From Hydrolagus colliei (taxonomy: Eukaryota): DNA of 64,000 nt. The stretch spans positions 6,696,001 through 6,760,000 of the forward strand of contig CM068750.1 in assembly GCA_035084275.1 (NCBI GenBank), given 5' to 3'. Under the pieces are notes generated by a model. That model was not told the origin of the DNA and did no database searches. It saw nothing but the letters and a program-made list of their open reading frames with translations. Positions 37,201 to 49,200 of the stretch are shown in pieces. The first letter of the stretch is position 1. Each line of letters opens with the position of its first letter. The position numbers and the translations under genes were made by a program.

Positions 37201-40200
37201 TAATTTGTGGGGGTTTTTTAAATTAAAAATCGTATAGTAAAATATATCCATTGCAGATTAAATGTACATACATGTCACAGAAGGTGCTCCACTCAACCTT
37301 TTTTGAATCCGATAACACAAAGCATTCCAGGAAATCCCACGGTTCATTTACAGGAAACCGAGCTACTATAAACATTATGTTCTGGATTCTTACCAGGCCT
37401 GCACTGTAAACCATCTCCTTCATAGCCAGGGTTACATTGACAGACGAAGGAGCCTGGGATATTGTAGCAAGTAGCAGCTGGGTGACATCTGCCTTCAGTA
37501 CATTTATCAACAACTGTAATGAAGACAGCAGAGGCACATAGTCAAATTTTGTTTAACCTCTCATTTTCCTCTCCTCCCAATAAAGGAGTGATTTGTGCTG
37601 GAATGCAGTTTCATGAGTGAAAGCGGTAGGGCTCTGCAGCTCAATCAAGTGGCCATTCACTACATGAACCTTTGGACATTCAGCAATGTTAGGCATCATC
37701 ACAGTGGAACCCCTACCTTGTCCTTAAGAATATTCCAGCACAGAAGGAAGCCATTTGGCCCATCTTGCCTGTGCCAATTCACTTTCGAGCGGGTGGGAGG
37801 GGAGGCAATGGATAGCAATTTTCAAAGGTCTATGTTACAATGGTTTGTCAATGATTGTGCCTCTATTCTTCAAGGAATAAATCTGGGATAGGGGGCTGAT
37901 TGGATGAATACATTTTACACTGTTGGTCTCTGAGAATCTTCAAACTGGTCTTTATTCATGTGTTACTGCCATTTCACATTCCCAAAGGAGATCATTCCTG
38001 GTGTTATCAGGAGTCATTTTTGCTTAGCTTCGAAACCTGCATTACTATTTCCTCACTGTGACTGACTGTGGACCCTTTTTTCTAATAACAACAACTTTGA
38101 TTTATATAGCGCCCTCCATGCCGGACAGTGTCTCAGAGCAGTTCTGCATGCACTGCAGGTAAACATCACAACTCAATATACTAATTAGTGGGAACTCAAA
38201 TAAAAGGGTTAAAAGAGCGATTTCAATATCCATTTCACTGAGAAGTTAACGGACACTTCCCCCCCGTATAACAGAATCTATTTACATTCTGAATTTAACA
38301 GGATTTTGGGGGTTGGAATTACTTCAGCTGTTCTTTAATGTCAAGTCAGCATTGATACTCCAGTGAAAAGATGTTTAGGTTCACGCTGATTTCTTCAAAC
38401 TAAAAGGTTTGGGATTAATCAACACGAGGGAGCCAGTTCTTTCCATGTTTGTTGCATCTCTAACAGCTGTAACTAATTTAGGCAAAATACACATCTTTAA
38501 TCCTCAAAGGACTAAAGGTTTTTAGATTGGGGAGGAGGGTAAAAGATCTTCTGTTACATTTGCTTTCCACAATGACAACAAGCTGTAACATAATGGTGAT
38601 TACAGGGCACATTTTGGGATAAGGCTCAAACATGTCCTTGGAGGGATATACGATGAAACAATTCATGTGCAACCTTTTATCCTGAGGTCACAAATAAGAT
38701 CACGGTTAGACACAATGCCAACAAATCCCTGCCTGTATCCCTTCCTGTAGGCAGTGAGTTGTCAAACTCAACCAAGCCTCCAAAGCAAAGAAGCTTTTCC
38801 TCTGGGGAGCTCATCTGTAAAATGCGGTAACAATCTGTGAAAGCTATTTTCAGTCAATTTGCTACCATCATTATGTCATAGAAAGACAGCCAGACAATGG
38901 CTATCATGTTGGGGATGGGATCGTTGGCCAGATTGCAAGGCAGGAGTTCTAAAATACCTGAAAAAAGCATGCAGCTTTTGAAACAAAAAGTAAAGTCGGA
39001 TTTCAAATGGTGAATTTCAGGGCTACTCAATTTGGTCAGACCTTTGGAGCAGGAAAGTTTGTTGACATTAGACTGATGCTGGTTTAATAATAATACTGCA
39101 TAATGCTTGCATTTGATGTAGCGCCTTATCGTATCGTCAAGACTCGAAACCCTTTGCAGGATATACTGTAAAGTGCACTGTATGGATAAATCACAACAGC
39201 TAAATGTGTACAGGAAAAGCTTTAACAGTGAGGTTCTTAATTGGTTAGACACACAATAGAATGAGCCCAAACGGAAAGCAAGTCACTTGGAAGACTTACG
39301 AATACACGTGCGTCCGTCCTCTGCAAGCTTGTAGCCGTGGTGACACTCGCATCTGTACAATCCGGGGAGATTGACACACCCAGCATGGCTTCCGCATCTA
39401 GGGTAAACACCATCAGCACATTCATCAATGTCTGAGAAGGAAACAAGAATCTGGTTACCATAGAATTCCCTCTGGAAGCGAGTAAGTCAACAGGTCGGCA
39501 AGTTTGCAAGTCAGAGGCAAGACCTACAAAGCCGTGTAATGTAATGGTCCAGTTGATCAACACAGCTTTAAATACTTAGAAAGCACAATTTGGACGGAGC
39601 AGGTCCAAACTTTTTTTTCTTTTTGAAGAATGTCTTGGCTCATTCCGAACCGCAATAAGCATTCTAATTACCCGTTTGTCGTACAGTACTTAAATGAGTT
39701 TCAAAATGGTCCAATTTGTGCGACCAACGAACTGGCAAAATAAATGAATCACATCAGGAATAGATGGAAGACTGGACGATTGTTGATTCATCATAAAGGA
39801 TCTGAAAAATAGCTTCATAGTTAGGGTATGTACCAAGATGTTACATTACTGTATACCATAGCAATAAAATGTAATGCACAGCAATCTACCAGGAGTGATG
39901 CAGTGCAAAAGATTGTGTCACACAAACATCAGAGGTGTAAAATAACTGGGGTATAACACTGTTGGGAATAGGTGTAAACATGTTTTTTGCTTGGTAAAGA
40001 GTGGACATTGTTGGCAGTGGACAAATACTAACCCTTGCATTTTCTTTGATTCACTGATTCTAACAACTAATATAGCTGGAAATGAGAAGTCCTATTCTCC
40101 TCTACTTTCTCATTATTTACAATTTCTTTGAATATTGCTACTTCTATGGCTTGTTTTCTTGTCTAAACTCCTTGCCAACCTGCCCGGCCCCTCCGTTCAG

Positions 40201-43200
40201 CGGGCTCTGGTCTGCTCCATGACTTGCGCCCGACCCGCCCGGGCTTTCAGTCTCTCTGCCCCCACATTCCAGAACTCCATTCCACTGTCCCTGCGCCTCG
40301 CTTCCTGCCTTGCCTTCTTCAAGGCCGATCTCAAAACCCTCCTTTTCGATGATGCCTTCCGCCACCCTCCTAACTCTCTCCCTCCCCCACGCTCGGGCCC
40401 CAATCCCTGACTGTTCAGTGCCTTGGGACGTCCTCCGGACATGAAAGGCACTCTGTAGATATAATTTTGTTGTTGTTGTACAGGTTCCAATGGGTTATTT
40501 GTGTAAGCCCATAGTTGTTTTCCTGGGGAAGGGGCAGGTAAACTGAATCTTTAAATCTCGCTGGCGTATCTCCTCACCAACTCAGAGCAAAAATGCTGCA
40601 GTATTCACCCACCAGTGCAAACTTTTCCATCTCCTTGGTATCCCTCTGCACATCTACAAAGGTAGGCTCGTTCAGCTTCAGGGGAACATTGAGCATTGAC
40701 ATCACAATCATGACTTCCATCATAACACGGATTCACAGGTTCAGGCTCCAAATGATCTGTCAATGACACACAGAAAAGAATTACATTTTAAATGTTTTTC
40801 CTGAAGAGGAAATATAAGATTTAAGAAAGCGGATTTAATTCTATAAAACCATGTGTATGATTATCATAAAACAAAGGGAATATCTGACAGAACAGGATAC
40901 TGATATCATTCAACCAAAAACCTGCAGAGCCAGTAAAACAGGCAGATTATAGTCAATGATCTGGAACTGATTAAAGAAGCTGTAGAGTATGTTATACTGG
41001 CAGGAATAACGGCAACAAAGAACATTCAGTTGCCATAGACAAAATCAACCTTTTCAGCCTCCATACCCTGTGGCGAAACGGCAGTCCATTCTGAGACTCT
41101 TAAGCATTCATGGCCTTGCTCCCTCATATCTCTCCAACCTGCTGTCCCCCTATGAGTCTGCCTGCCTACTCCATTCAGTGGGCTCCAGTCTGCTCCATGT
41201 CCCCCATCCGACCCGCCCTACCCGCGGTGGACAGGCTTTCAGCCTCCCTGTCTCTTCACGCTGGAACTCCATTCCACAGTTCCTTCGCCTCGCTTCCTCC
41301 CTCGCCTGCTGCAAGGCCAGTCTCAAGCCCCTCCTCTTTGATCATGCCTTCTGCTGCCCCCCTATCTCTCTGCTTCCCTTCACCCCTAACCTTCCCCTTG
41401 CTCGGGTCCCAACCCCTCACTGTTCAGCACCTTGGGACACCCCCCTGATGTGAAAGGTGCTCTATAAATGTACGGTTATGGTTGTTATAGTTGTTGTTAT
41501 GTGTCCATGAACCACAGAAGAATAACCATTCCTGGAAATTAATCATGAAACTCCAGCAGCACAACTATTCTCAGGTGAGGCTAAGTCTCCAAAATGTTTC
41601 CCCTCTAGGGAGATGTCCTCACTCACAGCTGGACACATCTTTGAGGTTTGTTTGTAATCATAATAAACGGCAGTTTTAAATATGCCACTCTCCTGATCAT
41701 ACAGGGTTCCATGTTTTGGACACTTCTCTATGACTAACAGCAATTAAATTGTAAATACAGTACAACAATCCGCACACTTGAGTTTCTTTTAGTTTGTTTA
41801 GAAAAAGAAAACACTGTAGAAATGCTTTATGCAGTAGAATGAAAGATGTCAATTGCAAAACTACAAGTGGTGGAAATTTTCTGTGAAAGAGATGAACAGT
41901 AACTCTTTGCTAAATAGCTCACTACCGAGAAATATAGTAATTAGTAAAAATGCAAAGGAAGTGGGTTATAAAAAGCAATTATAACCCACTTCTTTATGGT
42001 ACAAATTTTCAGTTTGTGTTCCTGTACCAAGCACTTAACTCTTTTTCCTACACAACAGTCTTCAGTGGAAAAGCCTTGTGCTTTTTGGAAGCTCATTACC
42101 ATTCTCATGATCTGTTTTACCCAGACACTTTATAGCATCCATTAAATCCTTTGACTTCCTGACCTCAGGCCTGTAGCCAATTTATTCACTTACTCCCAGT
42201 AAAAGAGCTTTGTTGAGATCAGACTTGTATGGAGTCTCTTTCTTTCCCCCTTCAAAATGACCTTGGTGTTAGGTCATTTTTCCCAATGCTCTCCACCCCC
42301 CCCCCCCCCCCACCACCCCACCCACCACACACACACACCCCGCCGCCTTTATGAATGTCCGTTTATTGCTCAACATTTGTGCAAATACCTTCTATACATG
42401 AAGGAACAAAAGGAAGGCAGGGGGTGGAAAGCTTGCAAACAGTGTTACTGGTGAGAAGAAATTAAATGCATTGTTCAAGGTTCTGTTGAACAATGCTTCT
42501 GTCTCAGCAGGTGCAAGTAGCTGTGTTGTTCAACTTGCAATTCCTTGCATTGACTGCTGACTCCTCAATTCCAACAGCATGGGACCATATTGGGTTTTTT
42601 TTAAATGTCAACTGCACATTTATTACTGTCTATCCAGAGCCTCATCATTCAAAGTACACAATTGCATTACATAAAATTTCCTAGCAGTATTCCAGAGTAG
42701 ATCGGTAGTAAAAGAAATGAAGGAGAATAATGAGTTATTTACCTTCGACAGAGCCAATCTCATTAGTCATTGCATATCTAACTGCTTTCTCCTTCTGGTC
42801 ATATAACACAAAAACACGAGCAACATTCAGTTGTTGAGTGGTTGTGAAAGTCCTGGATGTGCGTTCACAGTCATGGAATGTGATATTCTGTCTCAAATCA
42901 TATCTGAGTGTCTGTGTCTCACCATTACTGGAAAGAACAGAATACTCTCTGTTGGCTGTAGATGTCAAAACTGTGAAGAAGAAGTTTGCAGAAATGAGAA
43001 GCATCTGACAACCATTTTAAGGATTAAAGAAAGTTACAAATCAAACAAAAACAATGGCAAACACATTATCAACTGCCGTCTATGTTTTGTGTTTTTATTT
43101 GGGTGTCATTAGCAATATGTCAGCCTCTCTGCTGAGTTCTTAAACACAGGCGTATAATGTAAAATTGGTTTATTTTTTATTGAAAACAATCATCAGAATA

Positions 43201-46200
43201 TTTCTGCCCAGATCGACCACGTAATTCAACAAAGACAATTGTCCTCCCATACCTGAGTTGGAGCGATGGTAGACATCCCTATATGGCTGGATCTGAACTG
43301 AAGCACCATGGGGTATAACAGGGAGGTGGCCCTCAATCTCTGTGATAACACTCAGGTAGCTCTGTGTATCCAGACCCTGAGCAACTTGTATTATATTTAA
43401 CCTCTCGTTGCCTGGATAGAATGTGATGTCGACATTCCGGATAAATTTAGCACCTACAAAACACAAATAGCACCACGCAAGTGACGTATTATAATTAAAC
43501 AAGAGTGAATTTCCATTGGTCAATGTACTCTGGAACTCTATCCCACAGCCCCTTCACCTCGCTTCCTCCCTCGCCTTCTTCAAGGACAGTCTCAAGACTC
43601 TCCTTATCGATCATGCCTTCTGCCGCCCACCCACCTCTTTTCCTCCCCTCCCCCCCACCCTGCCCCCACCCCATGCTTGGGTCCCGACTTCTGATTATTC
43701 AGCTCCTTGGGACGTCCTCCCGACGTGAAAGGCGCTCTATAAATGCAATTTTGTTGTTGTTGTCAATAAAGTTACTATTGTTCTTAGGGTGTGCTTGTAA
43801 TGGGAAAATAATTTATAACTATAAATAGTACACTCTGATCAAAAAGGAACCACCCTTTGGTCTCTTTCTATAATGAATTAGTTCCTCTCAGCCAGGTTGT
43901 TGGCGATTATCATTATAAGGATAACCCCACATTGTGGTTGATAAGCTTACTGACCAGCAGAAATGTGTACTAGATTAGTTACCTTTGTTTAAAAAAAACT
44001 TCCTCTCTTTCCTCCTGTACCACTGGCTGGTACAACAGAGTAGTATCATGTGTATTTACCAGGATCCTTTACCATCCTTGAGTGGTCTTTCTTCAAGCGT
44101 GGAAAGGATGGTTCAATGTGTAATTCAACCATGCCTACCACATAGCCAACACACATCCTGTTCTCACCTGACAATGGATGCACTTATCTCTGTCTTATCA
44201 GTGCAACTCCTATAGCATGGGACACAATAACCATTGGTTGAGTTTGCAATTAAAAAAATCTCTAATTCTTTTCAGTTAAGATGCAAATATAGAGAAGACC
44301 ACTGCTGGAGGTTGTAGAACATTTTGTAAAATTTTTACTTATGATAGTACAGAATATACACACACACACACACATATGTGCAAGTTCACATATCTATCTG
44401 TGTGTGTCACTCCTTTTGCTTTCCTGACTCGAACCAATCATTCAAATCCTCACTAACTCTTTTCAGACACTGCATTTTAAACTATCAGTCCAGACATCCC
44501 AGTACACAAACACCCCATGACTCTATCATGCTGGGTTTCAGTCTGCAATCCATTCAATGGCGCATTTTGATGAAGTGAAAATTTTTATTTGACACTGTTT
44601 CCCCTTTGTTTTTGCCACCCTTTGATGTCTGTAAATAGTTTTGAAATCCTCCCCCTGGGTACCTGCTCTGCTCCTACACATCCCAATATCCAAAAGCATT
44701 TGCACTTCCAAAAAGGGGTTTATTGAATAGTGGTCAGCAACAGGAATCCTGGTTAATTATCTCCCTTCACTTTTCAAAGGCATTGAAAACCTCCTCTGGA
44801 AACCCGAGTGCGAGACTAACTTTGCACATAGTATTATACTGAGCCACAGTATATTGACCCAACCGAACAAGTACATGAAAAATATGGAGTCCAGGAGCAA
44901 CACAATCAAAGGAAAAGAGTTTTCTTCCCAATGTTGGTGTTCAGCACTTTGGTTACTGTACCTTTTTTGAAAAGAACATATTTTTCTTTGCTACCTTTCA
45001 GAGCCATGACAAGTTCCAAGAACACAACTTAGTAAGGAGAATATAACGGAATAAGAGGCTGGGCAGCAAATAGGCAAATAGGAATATGAGCTTCCATACT
45101 AATTCAATACTGTTGATTCATCTATAAACCTCACCAACAACATCTTTAGAATGGACAAAACCCCACTGAAAATGGGGTTTGTTTTGAACTTTTTGTTGTG
45201 TTTCAGGCAAGCTGGACCACTTATTCAAATAGTTTCACTCAGAGAGTAAGCCCTGGAGACAACAATAATAATAATTATTATTATTAATCCTTGCATTTGA
45301 TATAGTGCTTTTAATATCTTCTAGATGTCTCAAAGTGCTTCACGGAATATACTGTAAAATGAATTGACAAAATGTTTTGTGTGCAGCAGTGTCCCACAAA
45401 CAGTTGTAGAAAAGTAGAGAATTTATGGGTAAAATATGGCAGCCAATTGCACATAGCAATGTCGTACACAATGATTCGAACACAGATCTCATGCTTGTAA
45501 GGCGAGTGCTCTAATCACTGAGCTACAGGACTCCACAAAGAGTGGAGCCAATATAAAGAGTGGTACACCAAGGATATTATCCCTCTCACTCAGATGGCTG
45601 TGAAAGTGGACTGAACTTGTCCTGTAATAGCTATAGTGTCAGGAAATCTTCTGTGTTCACAAGCTCTTGCAAAAGGAAATGGATCCAATAAAGGAAGTGC
45701 TACACTCATTGAATTTGGCTTTCCACAAACGCATTCAATAAAAACAAGATTGAACCTATTACATTAGTTACTACAAAGTGATGAACTGGGTGCAGGATGT
45801 TTTCTGGCATTGGTTTAATAATTCTATGACACTATCCACACACCTATCAATGGTGAAAGTCTGAAATCCACATTTTATAAACTAAATGATATAAACTAAT
45901 GCCCTCCAAAGTAACAGATTTTTTTCAGAATATCTACAAGCAATTCCTAGCCAGTACCTACTTTTTTTTATTCCAAAGTATCTAATCTGTTTCCCAATCA
46001 GAAATGAAAACTTCCATAATCTAATGCAGGGATTTCCGTATCTAAAAAATTGCTAAGGATTTTCAATATAAATTAAGCAGTGTAAATGATCTACCTGTGA
46101 TCCTGAAACCATTTTTGAAGCCTGGTTGCTGCAGTGCAAAGAGCCATCCAAAAAGACCTCCAATCACTGACAGCGGTTGCAGTGCCCAACCAACTGACTC

Positions 46201-49200
46201 GGGGATATGACTGATCGTCGTATAGGCTCGCCCGTCACTTACAACCACATAGGCATGCATGTCAGCATTGCGGATCTCCACAGGTGAGCGGCTGGCTCCA
46301 ACCACAATTTTTACATTCACTTTTCCATTCACACGCTGTGTGGCACCTGCAGAGAGTTTAATCAAAGAATTATTTCAACGTATGGCTGCCAATTGTTAAG
46401 GAGTTATTAGGTACAAAGAAACATCAAAACGGAGTTGCACAGTGTAACAAAAGATTTTAATGACCTTCTACCAGACATTGCCGCCCATTTCCATAGTAAC
46501 CGGAATGACAGTGGCAGCAGAATCCACTGGAGTAATCTGCACAGTAGGCATATTGGGAACATTGACCCTGGTTTCTTTCACAGGTTTCTCGAGGATCGGT
46601 ACTGTAAGTGAAAACTGAAACACAAATAATGCCTTGGTCAGTTTGATTTTTGGTCAGTGGATAGTCTGACACATGTCATGCTTAAACATATCCTTTGCAA
46701 GCGTCAGGGACCATCATCAATGGACATCAAACCCTGATGCCCAAACCACTTTGCAAAACAAAATAAAATGTTAACAGTAAATTAGTTCCTCGTATTCTCC
46801 ACAATCACTATCGAAACCTTTTTATTAAAACCATTCTTCTCCACGTTTCATTATTTTCCAAACACTACAATGACAATGATGTTTGTACAAAATTACATTT
46901 ATAGAGTGCCTTTCTGATCGGGAGGACATCCCAAGTCCTGCAGTTTGGTTGCTGTTATAAATTGGCTAAACGCATATCATGATTTTAATTGATATACACA
47001 CAACAACGACACAATCACTTAAGATTAGCCTGAAAGTTCTGATGTTGGAAATACAAACAAGAATTTCAGTATACTTGTGCGCTAGTCTGTGTTTTCAACA
47101 AACAGCAGAGAATTATACAGGGCACAATTTTAGGAACCTCTTTTCTGGCCATAGTACATTAAATAACTTAATCACAACTTTGTTTTTCAAATAAATTTTT
47201 CTATGCACTTACCACCTGTGCCCAATTCCTCTTCTTCTTCCACGGAGACCACACGTCTATCAGGTGCGGCTGGTAATGGATTTCCAAGCAAAGATTCAGA
47301 CTCTGGGTGTCTCTCTCGGTGTGTTTCAGGGTGTCTCTCATGGTGTGTTGCCGCAGGGTTTGGGTATCTTTCACTGTGTGTTTCTGGGTGTCTCTCTCGA
47401 TGTGTTTCATGGTGTCTCTCTCTGTGTGTTTCACGGTGTCTCTCTCTGTGTGTTTCAGGGAGTCTCTCTCTATGTGTTTCAGGGAGTCTCTCTCGGTGTG
47501 TTTCAGGGAGTCTCTCTCGGTGTGTTTCAGGGAGTCTCTCTCGGTGTGTTTCAGGGAGTCTCTCTCGGTGTGTTTCAGGGAGTCTCTCTCGGTGTGTTTC
47601 AGGGAGTCTCTCTCGGTGTGTTTCAGGGAGTCTCTCTCGGTGTGTTTCAGAGAGTCTCTCTCGGTGTGTTTCAGAGAGTCTCTCTCGGTGTGTTTCAGAG
47701 AGTTTCTCTCGGTGTGTTTCAGGGTATCTTTCACGGTGTGTTGCCCCAGGATTGGGGTATGATTGCCTGGCATCAGCTTCTCCATACCGCCGAGGGTTTG
47801 ATGAAGGATACGATGGCAAACCCCAGGCCTCGGGATAGGAAGACACCACACCTGCCTCTGGGTAGCCTTCAGGGTGTGGTGGAATAATGCCTGCCTCTGG
47901 ATATGGTGGTTGCTCTGGAATACCATGGACCCTTTCCCGGGGATCTGTGGGTGCTAAAGGTGAGAAATCTAACGTTTCATCGTCTTCTTCATCAAATCCT
48001 TCATCGTAATCATCAGCCTCGGAGTATTCAGATACAGGTAAATAAGGTTTAACTGGGCCATTTAAGGTGCTGTCTAATGTCACAATAGCCTCTCGCGAAG
48101 GTTTTCCTCCGGCTTGTGCTTGTATTACATTGTTGAACTGTGAAGCTCCACCAATATGGAAAATCCATACTCCTTGAGTACCTGAATTGCCCATCCTTCA
48201 GGATCAAAAAACAACAAGATTAGAGTCTATGTTACTGTGTACATGTCTGAATGATATGCATTATATATGTATACTATATATATTCTTTACAGTTATAAAT
48301 CCTGAAATGTTTTATTGGTTGGCTTCCAACATTGATTTCCTGACCTGCCATTTAAAGGAATTTTACTTTAAACAGAGGGACATTATTAATTGTTAAGGCC
48401 ATCACAAGCTTCCCCATCTGTGAAGGTTACAGAGCCCTCAGTCTTATGGATCTTTAAAACTGGGTATTCATGGAGATGTAGAGACCAAGGAGGTTAAATA
48501 TTTTGCATTTCTTGCTGCATGCAAGAGTTGGTTGGCCACATTCATATAGAAAGAAATGCCAAGCAAATGGTTCAAATTTCAATAAACAAAATCTGAGTCA
48601 ATGGCTCACAATTTGATTATTTGCTGCTCAATAATACAAGAGGTGACACTGAGCAAAGCTGAGATCAAAAGAAGGGGCTGTATGTTGCACACAGGACACA
48701 GCTTGAGATATCATTCAGATGATTTAAAGTACATCATAGCCAACACCCTCTTCTGAATCATGCAAACCCTTCATACTCACTGATAAAGATTCTTCACACT
48801 TTGCTCATTGCTTGTTAGACTATAATAAGGCTCATCTCTCTTCCACTGTATGTACTCAGTTTCTCCTCTGCTGAAGCCCACCCGAGCAGGTAGTTCTATT
48901 TGAACGTTGTAGGATTCCTTAGGTCGAGTGCCAAAGAACTGCAGCCCATCTTCTGGGTATAGAAAGATTGCATAGGTGTTTGACTCATCAAATGCCAACA
49001 CTGCCTGAAAGGTATTGAACTAGAAGAGAGAAATATGCATAAATCCCATTTAGTTTACACGAGACTGGCAACCTTAAGACATCTCAGAAAAGTGAATCCC
49101 TTTAAATACACACCCGAAATAGTAAACTGCTCAATGCACATGTGGAACCAGTATTGAATCAAAAAGTACTGTCCTATTGAGTAACAATTGCACAGTAACT

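Noticed and set aside
40135-43828. ORFs of 70-127 aa antisense to NID2 introns
   Set aside because: 5'-truncated L2 ORF2 C-terminal remnants or antisense shadows of NID2 exons, not host genes
47307-47744. CRISPR-like array
   Set aside because: Contiguous tandem units with no unique spacers, inside a vertebrate exon
47201-47926. Four additional long ORFs (241, 211, 207, 151 aa) overlapping NID2 exon 4 on both strands, including Cys-rich (SLSRCVSG)n
   Set aside because: By-product of a 24-bp unit lacking stops in five of six frames; no promoter, splice or homology support
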